Made by a program: the position numbers and the translations under genes
Part shown: one piece after another, positions 20,021 to 30,300 of the stretch
How the letters are laid out: the number at the start of each line of letters is the position of its first letter
Numbering within the stretch: position 1 is the first letter of the stretch
Notes under the pieces: generated by a model
Databases searched by the model: none
Seen by the model: the letters and a program-made list of their open reading frames with translations, nothing else
Told to the model about the DNA's origin: nothing
Source: Mycobacterium tuberculosis H37Rv
GTDB taxonomy: Bacteria > Actinomycetota > Actinomycetes > Mycobacteriales > Mycobacteriaceae
Assembly: GCF_000195955.2 (NCBI RefSeq)
Contig: NC_000962.3
Span: forward strand, 1,260,001-1,292,000
Length of the DNA: 32,000 nt
Direction of reading: 5' to 3'

Positions 20021-20846
20021 ATTCCAGCAAAGTCAGGCACGGCCGCAGCGGATCGAATACGGGCAGGCGGTAAACGGTCGACAGCGCCATATTGACCCAC
20101 AGGCCACGGCCCGGTGGCACCCGCAGATCGCGGACCGCGACGACACCAGGCACCTTATTTACCAGGTCCGCGGCCTGCGCGACGGACATGCTGAACGGCA
20201 TGCGCGGCACCTTGTAGCGCAGCGAGGTTCGTAACCCGAGCCGGCTCCACCCAGCGAACCAGCGCGGCGGCAGGTCGAAGAGCATTTGGCCGCCAGGAAA
20301 CGTTTGAGCGCATTGGGCGATTAACCCCAGTGCCTGTTCGGGTTGTAGGTACATCAGTAATCCTTCGGCGGTGATGAACACCCCGCCGGCGGGATCGACG
20401 GAATCCATCCAGCTGTAGTCCAGCGCAGACTGGGCACACACCGACACGCGCGGCGAGCTCGGCAGCAGCCGTGTCCGTAAATCGACGATCGGTGGCAGGT
20501 CAACTGTCAGCCAACGGAACTGGCCGCCCGGGATGGCCACGTCCAAACGCCAAAAGCTGGTTTGCAAGCCCTCCGCCAACGCCACCACGGTGGCCGCTGG
20601 GTGCTGATCGAGATAATGCTGTGCCGCCATGTCGAAGGCCCGTGCTCGTAGGGCGAAGCCCTGGCCGGTAGGGCCGAACTTCGCGAAGTCGAAGTCGATC
20701 GACTCGACCAGGGCTACCGCCATCGGATCGTCGATAATGGCATCGCGGCGGCGGGCCTCTGCGGCCCGGGCGTTCAGCGTCAGCAAGGCGGTCTCGGAGA
20801 CTCCGGTGAGTGCGACCCGCTGTTTGGCGGGCTTATGGGCACTCAC
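19998..20846 (-). CDS. omt: Leucine carboxyl methyltransferase/TcmP-type O-methyltransferase, 282 aa
   Basis: [70 protein letters not shown]: LCM/TcmP family features. Confidence 0.88.
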   Translation of the reverse strand: MSAHKPAKQRVALTGVSETALLTLNARAAEARRRDAIIDDPMAVALVESIDFDFAKFGPTGQGFALRARAFDMAAQHYLDQHPAATVVALAEGLQTSFWRLDVAIPGGQFRWLTVDLPPIVDLRTRLLPSSPRVSVCAQSALDYSWMDSVDPAGGVFITAEGLLMYLQPEQALGLIAQCAQTFPGGQMLFDLPPRWFAGWSRLGLRTSLRYKVPRMPFSMSVAQAADLVNKVPGVVAVRDLRVPPGRGLWVNMALSTVYRLPVFDPLRPCLTLLEFSRPARG

Positions 20847-21373
20847 CGCAACACCTTAGCCAGCGTGCGCAGGTTGCGGGTCGTGGTCGACGACTTGTAG
20901 CGCTTCTTGCCCATCGTCTGGCCGATGGTGCTGTCCAGGGTGCTGCCCTTGGGTACCTGCCAGTAGAGGACGCCAAGAGGGTCGGGTCCACGACTGATGT
21001 TCTCGTCAGGGCCGGCTGTGTCGGCGAGTGCGGATAGCTCGTCGAGTATCGCGGCGTCGGCAACGAAGGTGACGTACGACTGGTATCCCTCGAGCTCGCA
21101 TTCAAATGGGTATGCCGTCACGATGGTGCGCACCGTATCGACGTCGTAGATCAACGCCCACGCGTCGTAGCCGAATCGTTCGCGTAGCGTGGCTTCGGTC
21201 TTCTCGCGCACTTCCGCGGCACCGCACGTCGACTCCAGCAACACGTTGCCGCTGGCCAGGATGGTGCGCACATTGCAGAATCCCGCATCGGTCAACGCCG
21301 TCGCCACCTCGGCCATCTTGAGGTTGACGCCGCCGACGTTGACACCGCGCAGAAACGCCGCGAACTTGGCCAT
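20843..21373 (-). CDS. DUF1697 family protein; start chosen at MAKFAAFLRGVNVGG (longer alternatives exist)
   Basis: MAKFAAFLRGVNVGGVNLKMAEVATALTDAGFCNVRTILASGNVLLES is the typical DUF1697 N-terminus. Confidence 0.88.
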   Translation of the reverse strand: MAKFAAFLRGVNVGGVNLKMAEVATALTDAGFCNVRTILASGNVLLESTCGAAEVREKTEATLRERFGYDAWALIYDVDTVRTIVTAYPFECELEGYQSYVTFVADAAILDELSALADTAGPDENISRGPDPLGVLYWQVPKGSTLDSTIGQTMGKKRYKSSTTTRNLRTLAKVLR

Positions 21374-21419
21374 ACCCGATTGCACCAGGCCGCCGGAGAA
21401 TGACGCAACGGCGACGTAG

Positions 21420-21872
<453 letters not shown>

Positions 21873-21898
21873 CCCCCGGGGCTGCGGACCTACGGACT

Positions 21899-22018
21899 GG
21901 GTCGGATTGCCTCGCTGCTCGGCGGGCCGCATCCTGCGGCCCGCATCGTCGCGAGGCTGGGTCGGATTGCCTCGCTCCTCGCCGTGCCGCATCCTGCGGC
22001 CCGCATCGTCGCGAGGCT
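21899..22018. repeat. Two tandem 60-bp repeats, each with a GC-rich dyad
   Basis: 21899-21958 and 21959-22018 are identical except for 3 bases. Each carries CCGCA-TCC-TGCGG followed by CCCGCATCGTCGCGAGGCT. Confidence 0.95.
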
Positions 22019-22029
22019 AGGCTGCGGGT

Positions 22030-22218
22030 ATGGGTGAATCGAAGTCCCCGCAAGAGTCCAGCTCAGAGGGTGAGACCAAGCGCAAGTTCCGGGAAGCCCT
22101 CGACCGCAAGATGGCACAGTCGTCGAGCGGATCCGATCATAAGGATGGCGGCGGCAAGCAGTCGCGGGCGCACGGTCCGGTGGCGAGCCGTCGGGAATTC
22201 CGCCGCAAGAGCGGCTAG
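22030..22218 (+). CDS. Small hydrophilic DUF5302-like actinobacterial protein, 62 aa
   Basis: MGESKSPQESSSEGETKRKFREALDRKMAQSSSGSDHKDGGGKQSRAHGPVASRREFRRKSG: conserved KRKFREALDRK...FRRKSG pattern. Confidence 0.75.
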   Translation: MGESKSPQESSSEGETKRKFREALDRKMAQSSSGSDHKDGGGKQSRAHGPVASRREFRRKSG

Positions 22219-22305
22219 CCACGGGGCGCGGCTGCTCAGCGGCGACCCGAACGTTGCCGAAGATGCTCATCAAGAGGTCCGTCCCGACAGCTCTACACTG
22301 AGGAC

Positions 22306-22893
22306 GTGCCAAATCTGCAGCTTGTCCAAGAGCCGGCAGCCGACGCGCTGCTGAACGCCAACCCATTCGCGTTGCTGGTGGGCATGTTGCTCGACCAGCA
22401 GGTGCCGATGGAGACCGCCTTCGCCGGGCCGAAGAAGATCGCCGATCGGATGGGTAGCTTTGACGCCGGCGACATCGCCGACTACGACCCGGATAAGTTC
22501 GTCGCACTGTGCTCGGAAAGGCCTGCTATACACCGATTTCCGGGCTCGATGGCCAAACGCATCCAGGCGCTCGCGCAGATCATCGTGGACCGCTACGACG
22601 GGGATGCGGCCGCATTGTGGACCGCCGGCGAACCTGACGGGAACGAGTTGCTGCGGCGGCTTAAGGGGTTACCCGGCTTCGGTGAGCAGAAGGCGCGGAT
22701 CTTTCTCGCGTTGCTTGGCAAGCAGTACGGAGTGACGCCGAAGGGTTGGCAGGTGGCAGCCGGGGAGTTCGGTCAGCCCGGCACCTATCTATCCGTCGCC
22801 GATATCGTCGACGCCGGGTCGCTTGGGCAGGTGCGATCGCACAAGAGGCAAAGGAAAGCGGCGGCCAAGGCAGAGGGAAAGGCGCCAACGTGA
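22306..22893 (+). CDS. HhH-GPD base-excision-repair-like protein, 195 aa
   Basis: LLDQQVPMETAFAGPKKIADRMG...LLRRLKGLPGFGEQKARIFLALLGKQYGV: helix-hairpin-helix region. Confidence 0.88.
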   Translation: MPNLQLVQEPAADALLNANPFALLVGMLLDQQVPMETAFAGPKKIADRMGSFDAGDIADYDPDKFVALCSERPAIHRFPGSMAKRIQALAQIIVDRYDGDAAALWTAGEPDGNELLRRLKGLPGFGEQKARIFLALLGKQYGVTPKGWQVAAGEFGQPGTYLSVADIVDAGSLGQVRSHKRQRKAAAKAEGKAPT

Positions 22894-23036
22894 AGACACA
22901 CCTGACGTGTCCGTGCGGCGAAGCCATCACCGGCAAGGACGAGGACGAGCTGGTCGAGCTGACTCAGGCCCACCTTGCCAGCGTTCATCCCGGCCTGGAG
23001 TACGACCGCGACGCCATATTGTTCATGGCGTACTGA
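22890..23036 (+). CDS. DUF1059-like small protein, 48 aa, overlapping the upstream stop codon (GTGA)
   Basis: GTG at 22890: MKTHLTCPCGEAITGKDEDELVELTQAHLASVHPGLEYDRDAILFMAY*. Resembles small DUF1059 proteins (CPCG..DEDELV...AHL...HP..EY...ILFMAY). Confidence 0.8.
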   Translation: MKTHLTCPCGEAITGKDEDELVELTQAHLASVHPGLEYDRDAILFMAY

Positions 23037-23055
23037 TGGACCATTCCCGCTGGTG

Positions 23056-24171
23056 CTAGGGCACCACCGTTGAGCCGATCGTCGGCATGAACTGGCACTG
23101 CCGGTCCTTGGTGGTCACCTGCCCGAAGATCGTTGACATGATGCTGCCTGAACCGGTGTCGGCGATTACGGTCAACGTGGTCGGTCCGTCCGGATTGATG
23201 TCCGAACGCGGCCGCAGGGTGGCGCTGCCGGACTTTCCCGTGGTCAGGTTCACCCACGTGACGTTCAGCGGCAACCTCTGCACGTCGGCGGGCCCCGGCG
23301 TGCCGACGGCCGTGAACACGTAGGCGGTCTGGCCGGGTCCGGGACCGGGCAGCGGGATCTTGGCGGGCCCCGCCACCGACAGCGCGGTCGCGATGGAATT
23401 GCTGCCGTCCGCCACACAATTGGGGCCGATCGAGGGGTACATGAAGTCCTGTGTGGGCGGAGCGTCGGCGCCGAAGCCCGAGGCAGGCGCCGGAGCGGCC
23501 GCTGGCGCCGGTGCCGCCGAGGCCGGCGCCGGAGCGGCGGCGCGCGGCGCAGGTGGCGCCGGTGGCGGCCCCGGTACCGCAACCGGTTGGGCTGCGTCAG
23601 GTGCTGGTGCCGGCGCGGAAGCCGGCGGCGCGGCGACCGGCGGCGTAACCGTAGGTGCCACAGCGGGTGCGGGGCCCGCGGCGTGGGATGGATCGATGCC
23701 GGTCGGAAGATGTGCCTGCACACCTGGCTCGGCGCCCAGTGGGGGCACATGCGGCACCGGGATGGCCTCGGGCAGGGCGACACCATGAGGCGCCGGCACA
23801 CCCAGGGCAGCAGAGTCGGGATTGGTCGGCTCAGCCACAAACTGGTTCACCGAGGAAGCGACGTTCTTGGATTCGGTGGGCACTGCCGGATTGCCGGCGA
23901 ACGCAGACGCTGCGGCCATGAGCAGTTGCGTCGCCTGTGCCGGGTTCATCGCCGCTTGCTGGATTATCGGACTCAGCTGGGCCAACGCCGGCAAGCCCGG
24001 TAGCTGTTGAGTGGGGTTGGGCTGCGGCGTCGCCGGGTCGGCTGCCGCGTTCGGACACAGCGCGAACGCGGCAGCCGAGGTGATGACGACGGCGGCCAAA
24101 CCTTTGCACACACTCCAAGTGCTTGCCACGGTGGTGTTCTCCCGGTGTTCGGTGTTGGTCAGCCTTCTCAC
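23056..24171 (-). CDS. Ala/Pro-rich probable exported protein, 371 aa
   Basis: N-terminal hydrophobic signal (GLAAVVITSAAAFALCPNAAADPATPQ), low-complexity P/A linker, and a folded C-terminal region ending TTKDRQCQFMPTIGSTVVP. Confidence 0.88.
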   Translation of the reverse strand: MRRLTNTEHRENTTVASTWSVCKGLAAVVITSAAAFALCPNAAADPATPQPNPTQQLPGLPALAQLSPIIQQAAMNPAQATQLLMAAASAFAGNPAVPTESKNVASSVNQFVAEPTNPDSAALGVPAPHGVALPEAIPVPHVPPLGAEPGVQAHLPTGIDPSHAAGPAPAVAPTVTPPVAAPPASAPAPAPDAAQPVAVPGPPPAPPAPRAAAPAPASAAPAPAAAPAPASGFGADAPPTQDFMYPSIGPNCVADGSNSIATALSVAGPAKIPLPGPGPGQTAYVFTAVGTPGPADVQRLPLNVTWVNLTTGKSGSATLRPRSDINPDGPTTLTVIADTGSGSIMSTIFGQVTTKDRQCQFMPTIGSTVVP

Positions 24172-24178
24172 AGATGCG

Positions 24179-24862
24179 TCAGGGCAGCGCGGCGAGCAAC
24201 GACGGCGGCCCGGGCGGTAACGCGGGCGCGCCGGGAGCCGGCGGCGTCGGCGCGATGGGCGCTGCCGGAATGACCCCCGATGCGAGCGCCGGTAGGTCGG
24301 CTGGCAGCGAAAGCTGTTGCGGCACTTGGAGCGGAAGGTAGGGCAGCTGCGGTAGGTCGACCTTCGCCGACGGCACGCCGGGAACGGAGGCCGGCACCGC
24401 GGCCGCCGCCGGGGCCGGTGCGGTTATCCCCGGGATCGGGGCGTTCACTCCGGGAATGGTCGGAGCTGCCGCCGGGGCGGTGACGGGGAGCGCCGGTGCC
24501 GCCGGGGTTATCCCCGGGATCGGGGCGTTCACTCCGGGAATGGACGGAGTTAGCGCGGGGGCCGCGGCTGCCGCCGGTGCGGCCGGCGTCAGTCCTGGAA
24601 AGGTGGCGGTTATCCCGGGGGCGGCGGGTGCGGGTTCCGCAACTTTGGGGGCGCTCAGCGGCGGAGTGGCGCCCAGAGCCGTCGCGAGGTTTTGCAGGAT
24701 TTGCGGTGCGTTGGCGGCCGAGCTGATCAGCTGCTGCGGAATGTTGGGAGCAGGCGCCGGCGCCGGTGCCGGATCTGCGTGAGCGATACCGCCCGTAAGT
24801 AGTGCGGCGGACGAACCGACCAAGACGGCGGCGGCGCGGACAAACGTCCAGATGGTTGGCAT
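24179..24862 (-). CDS. Ala/Pro-rich probable exported protein, 227 aa, with internal repeats
   Basis: N-terminal signal (AAAVLVGSSAALLTGGIAHADPAPAPAP). Repeated SIPGVNAPIPGITPAAPA / TIPGVNAPIPGIT blocks. Confidence 0.88.
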   Translation of the reverse strand: MPTIWTFVRAAAVLVGSSAALLTGGIAHADPAPAPAPAPNIPQQLISSAANAPQILQNLATALGATPPLSAPKVAEPAPAAPGITATFPGLTPAAPAAAAAPALTPSIPGVNAPIPGITPAAPALPVTAPAAAPTIPGVNAPIPGITAPAPAAAAVPASVPGVPSAKVDLPQLPYLPLQVPQQLSLPADLPALASGVIPAAPIAPTPPAPGAPALPPGPPSLLAALP

Positions 24863-24991
24863 GTCTCTCCCTGGTTAGCGGTGACGGGTCTCGCCGAACG
24901 TATCGCGGTGCAGATGTGACTCAAGTGACACGTGTGGCATTTATGTGATTGTTACGGATACGAGTGGTTGTGGTGACCGGGCACCCGAGTG

Positions 24992-26287
24992 ATGTGCCGC
25001 ACCCTGATCGACGGCCCGGTGCGCTCGGCGATCGCTAAAGTCAGGCAGATAGACACCACCTCATCCACCCCGGCGGCCGCCAGGCGCGTGACCTCACCAC
25101 CGGCCCGGGAGACACGCGCCGCCGTGCTGCTACTGGTCCTCAGCGTCGGTGCGCGACTCGCCTGGACCTATCTGGCGCCCAACGGCGCAAACTTCGTCGA
25201 CCTGCACGTTTACGTGAGCGGTGCAGCGTCCCTCGACCATCCCGGCACCCTGTATGGCTACGTCTACGCTGATCAGACCCCGGACTTCCCGCTGCCGTTC
25301 ACCTATCCGCCGTTTGCGGCTGTGGTCTTCTACCCGTTGCATTTGGTGCCGTTCGGTCTGATCGCGCTGCTGTGGCAAGTAGTGACGATGGCCGCGCTCT
25401 ACGGCGCGGTTCGGATCAGCCAGCGCCTGATGGGGGGCACCGCTGAGACCGGTCATTTCGCCGCGATGTTATGGACGGCGATCGCCATCTGGATCGAGCC
25501 GTTGCGCAGCACCTTTGACTATGGGCAGATCAACGTGCTGCTGATGCTGGCGGCGCTTTGGGCGGTCTACACCCCGCGGTGGTGGCTATCGGGACTGCTG
25601 GTCGGGGTGGCCTCGGGTGTCAAGTTGACGCCGGCGATTACCGCTGTCTACCTCGTCGGCGTTCGGCGGTTGCATGCGGCCGCATTTTCGGTGGTCGTGT
25701 TCCTTGCCACCGTCGGCGTGTCGCTACTGGTCGTCGGCGATGAAGCCCGCTACTACTTCACCGACCTGTTGGGCGACGCAGGCCGGGTTGGGCCCATCGC
25801 CACCTCCTTCAATCAATCCTGGCGCGGCGCGATTTCCCGGATTCTCGGTCACGACGCCGGTTTTGGTCCGCTGGTTCTGGCTGCGATCGCCAGTACGGCG
25901 GTATTGGCCATCCTGGCCTGGCGTGCGCTCGACAGGTCCGATCGGCTGGGCAAACTATTGGTGGTCGAGTTGTTCGGCCTGCTGCTCTCGCCGATCTCCT
26001 GGACTCACCACTGGGTGTGGCTAGTGCCGCTGATGATCTGGCTGATTGACGGGCCAGCGCGTGAGCGCCCGGGCGCCCGGATTTTGGGCTGGGGCTGGTT
26101 GGTGTTGACCATCGTCGGCGTGCCGTGGTTGCTGAGCTTTGCTCAACCGAGCATCTGGCAAATCGGCCGGCCGTGGTATTTGGCCTGGGCCGGTCTGGTC
26201 TACGTGGTGGCGACGCTGGCGACCTTGGGCTGGATCGCCGCCTCCGAGCGTTACGTGCGCATTCGGCCGCGGCGCATGGCCAATTAG
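24992..26287 (+). CDS. pimE: Polyprenyl-phosphate-mannose-dependent alpha-1,2-mannosyltransferase (PimE), GT87-type membrane protein, 431 aa
   Basis: Multi-spanning; [86 protein letters not shown]: GT87 motifs. Confidence 0.93.
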
Positions 26288-26568
26288 GCCCCAAACATTG
26301 CGTCGATATCGTGCGCCATCGCAATGTCGTTTTCCGTGATACCACCTACCGCATGCGTAACCAGCGCGAAAGTTACTGTTCGCCAACGGATATCGATGTC
26401 CGGATGATGATTTACCTCCTCGGCTCGCTCGGCCACCCGGCGTACGGCGTCGATACCGGCCATAAACGTCGGAAACTTGATTGACCTACGCAGGACACCA
26501 CCGGCGCGCTGCCAGCCGTTGAGGTCGTGCAGTGCGGCGTCGACCTGCTCATCCGTTAACACAGCCAT
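26284..26568 (-). CDS. phhB: Pterin-4-alpha-carbinolamine dehydratase, 94 aa (longer start at 26589 possible)
   Basis: [20 protein letters not shown]...[55 protein letters not shown]: PCD motif EExNHHPD. Confidence 0.93.
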
Positions 26569-26594
26569 ACCTCGACGGTATACCGTCACAGGTC

Positions 26595-27020
26595 ATGCTG
26601 AATCAGATCGTGGTTGCCGGAGCCATCGTCCGCGGTTGCACGGTCTTGGTGGCGCAACGCGTTCGGCCACCGGAGTTGGCGGGTCGTTGGGAACTTCCCG
26701 GCGGTAAGGTCGCCGCCGGCGAAACCGAGCGCGCCGCGCTGGCCCGAGAGCTCGCCGAAGAACTGGGACTCGAGGTCGCCGACCTCGCGGTGGGCGACCG
26801 TGTGGGCGACGATATTGCGTTGAACGGCACGACGACGCTGCGGGCCTATCGCGTGCATCTGCTTGGCGGCGAACCGCGTGCGCGTGACCACCGGGCGCTG
26901 TGCTGGGTGACGGCGGCCGAACTGCACGATGTCGACTGGGTACCAGCCGACCGCGGCTGGATTGCGGACCTGGCGCGAACCCTCAACGGGTCCGCCGCAG
27001 ATGTCCACCGTCGCTGTTAG
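26595..27020 (+). CDS. mutT2: Nudix hydrolase, MutT-type, 141 aa
   Basis: MLNQIVVAGAIVRGCTVLVAQR..GRWELPGGKVAAGETERAALARELAEELGLEV: Nudix box GX5EX7REUXEEXGU. Confidence 0.95.
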   Translation: MLNQIVVAGAIVRGCTVLVAQRVRPPELAGRWELPGGKVAAGETERAALARELAEELGLEVADLAVGDRVGDDIALNGTTTLRAYRVHLLGGEPRARDHRALCWVTAAELHDVDWVPADRGWIADLARTLNGSAADVHRRC

Positions 27021-27327
27021 GAAACCGACGGTGTGGTTGACGGTGGCCGCCGTCAACTTGGTTAGAACAACGTGACAAAACGTTAACTTGGGTTTGCATG
27101 CCCGTAGCGATTACGATGGTTTTCTGGACGCGTGGCGACAACTTCCGGGCAGGACGCTGACGCCCATCCATCGAGATACCCGATGTTGACGAGAGGGGTC
27201 CCCGACCCGGCGGACCGGGGCTTGACGGGCGCAATGCGGCGCGGCCGGCCAGCCCGTAACGTCCAGCGAGTGCGGTCGCGCGCCGACGGCCCGGCCCCAC
27301 ACCGCTCATGACGAGGAGGGTCATCCC

Positions 27328-30300
27328 GTGACCGTTACACCTCACGTCGGTGGACCGCTCGAAGAGCTGCTGGAGCGCAGCGGGCGCTTCTTCACCCCAG
27401 GTGAGTTCTCGGCCGACCTGCGCACCGTAACCCGGCGCGGCGGCCGCGAAGGTGACGTGTTCTACCGCGATCGGTGGAGTCACGACAAAGTGGTCCGATC
27501 CACGCACGGAGTCAACTGCACCGGATCCTGCTCATGGAAGATCTACGTCAAAGACGGGATCATCACCTGGGAAACCCAGCAGACCGACTACCCGTCGGTG
27601 GGCCCGGACCGGCCCGAATACGAGCCACGAGGTTGTCCCCGTGGCGCGTCGTTCTCCTGGTACAGCTATTCGCCGACGCGGGTGCGCTATCCGTATGCCC
27701 GGGGCGTGCTGGTTGAGATGTACCGGGAAGCCAAGACCCGCCTGGGCGACCCGGTGCTGGCGTGGGCCGACATTCAGGCGGATCCCGAGCGCAGACGCCG
27801 CTATCAACAGGCCCGCGGCAAGGGTGGGCTGGTCCGGGTGAGCTGGGCCGAGGCCAGCGAGATGGTGGCCGCCGCCCACGTGCACACCATCAAGACATAC
27901 GGCCCGGACCGGGTCGCCGGCTTCTCGCCGATTCCGGCGATGTCAATGGTCAGCCATGCCGCGGGGTCCCGGTTCGTGGAGCTGATCGGCGGCGTGATGA
28001 CGTCGTTCTACGACTGGTACGCCGACTTGCCGGTGGCCTCGCCGCAGGTGTTCGGCGACCAGACCGACGTGCCCGAATCCGGCGACTGGTGGGATGCGTC
28101 GTATTTGGTCATGTGGGGCTCCAACGTCCCGATCACCCGGACGCCCGACGCACATTGGATGGCGGAGGCCCGTTACCGCGGCGCTAAAGTCGTTGTCGTC
28201 AGCCCGGACTACGCCGACAACACCAAGTTCGCCGACGAGTGGGTGCGGTGCGCCGCCGGTACCGATACCGCGCTGGCGATGGCGATGGGCCACGTGATCC
28301 TGTCGGAATGTTACGTCCGTAACCAGGTTCCGTTCTTTGTCGACTATGTGCGCCGCTACACCGACCTGCCGTTTTTGATCAAGTTGGAAAAGCGGGGCGA
28401 CCTGCTGGTTCCCGGAAAGTTCTTGACCGCGGCCGACATTGGTGAAGAAAGTGAGAACGCGGCGTTCAAACCCGCCCTGCTGGATGAGCTTACGAATACC
28501 GTTGTCGTGCCGCAGGGCTCACTGGGATTCCGTTTCGGTGAGGACGGTGTTGGGAAGTGGAACCTGGACCTGGGTTCGGTGGTGCCGGCGCTAAGTGTGG
28601 AGATGGACAAGGCTGTCAACGGCGATCGCAGTGCTGAACTGGTTACGCTGCCCAGCTTTGACACCATCGACGGGCACGGTGAGACGGTGTCGCGTGGGGT
28701 GCCGGTGCGCCGGGCGGGCAAGCATCTGGTGTGCACGGTGTTCGATCTGATGTTGGCCCACTACGGGGTGGCGCGTGCGGGGCTGCCCGGCGAATGGCCG
28801 ACCGGCTACCACGACCGAACCCAGCAGAACACCCCGGCCTGGCAGGAGTCGATCACCGGTGTGCCGGCCGCGCAGGCAATCCGGTTTGCCAAGGAATTCG
28901 CCCGCAACGCGACCGAATCCGGAGGACGGTCGATGATCATCATGGGCGGCGGAATCTGTCACTGGTTCCACAGCGATGTCATGTACCGCTCGGTGTTGGC
29001 GCTGCTCATGTTGACCGGATCGATGGGACGCAACGGCGGCGGGTGGGCGCACTACGTCGGCCAGGAGAAGGTGCGTCCGTTGACCGGGTGGCAGACGATG
29101 GCGATGGCCACCGACTGGTCGCGGCCGCCGCGTCAGGTGCCCGGCGCGTCGTACTGGTATGCGCACACCGACCAATGGCGCTACGACGGCTACGGCGCGG
29201 ACAAGCTTGCCAGCCCGGTGGGTCGCGGCAGGTTCGCCGGCAAGCACACCATGGACCTGCTGACCTCGGCCACGGCGATGGGCTGGAGCCCGTTCTATCC
29301 ACAATTCGATCGGTCCAGTCTCGATGTCGCCGACGAGGCCCGCGCCGCGGGCCGCGACGTGGGTGATTACGTCGCCGAACAACTTGCCCAGCACAAGCTG
29401 AAGCTCTCGATTACCGATCCGGATAACCCGGTCAACTGGCCGCGGGTGCTCACCGTCTGGCGGGCGAACCTGATCGGCTCGTCGGGCAAGGGCGGCGAGT
29501 ATTTCTTGCGGCATCTGCTGGGCACCGACTCCAACGTACAGTCCGACCCTCCCACCGACGGTGTGCATCCCCGGGATGTGGTGTGGGACAGCGACATTCC
29601 AGAGGGCAAGCTCGACCTGATAATGTCGATCGACTTCCGGATGACGTCGACGACGCTGGTGTCGGATGTCGTGTTGCCCGCCGCGACCTGGTACGAGAAA
29701 TCCGACCTGTCCAGTACCGATATGCACCCGTACGTGCACTCGTTCAGTCCGGCGATCGATCCGCCGTGGGAAACCCGTTCGGACTTTGACGCATTCGCCG
29801 CCATCGCGCGTGCTTTCAGTGCGCTGGCGAAACGTCATCTGGGCACTCGCACCGATGTGGTGCTGACCGCGCTGCAGCACGACACCCCGGATGAGATGGC
29901 ATATCCCGATGGCACCGAACGTGATTGGCTGGCGACCGGAGAAGTCCCGGTGCCAGGCAGGACGATGAGCAAGCTCACTGTGGTGGAGCGGGACTACACC
30001 GCGATCTACGACAAGTGGCTGACCCTGGGACCGCTCATCGACCAGTTCGGGATGACCACCAAGGGATATACCGTCCATCCCTTCCGGGAGGTCAGCGAGC
30101 TGGCAGCCAACTTCGGGGTGATGAATTCCGGTGTGGCGGTGGGTCGTCCGGCGATCACCACGGCTAAGCGGATGGCTGACGTGATCCTGGCGCTGTCCGG
30201 CACATGCAACGGGCGACTCGCGGTCGAGGGATTCCTCGAGCTGGAGAAGCGTACCGGGCAGCGGCTGGCTCATCTGGCCGAGGGCAGCGAGGAACGCCGC

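Noticed and set aside
21899-22018. Possible CRISPR array
   Set aside because: Only two directly adjacent 60-bp units with no unique spacers and no cas genes in the window; this is a tandem repeat.
22746-23036. 96-aa version of the DUF1059-like ORF
   Set aside because: Its N-terminal half is an alternative frame of the upstream HhH gene; only the part from GTG 22890 resembles the small-protein family.
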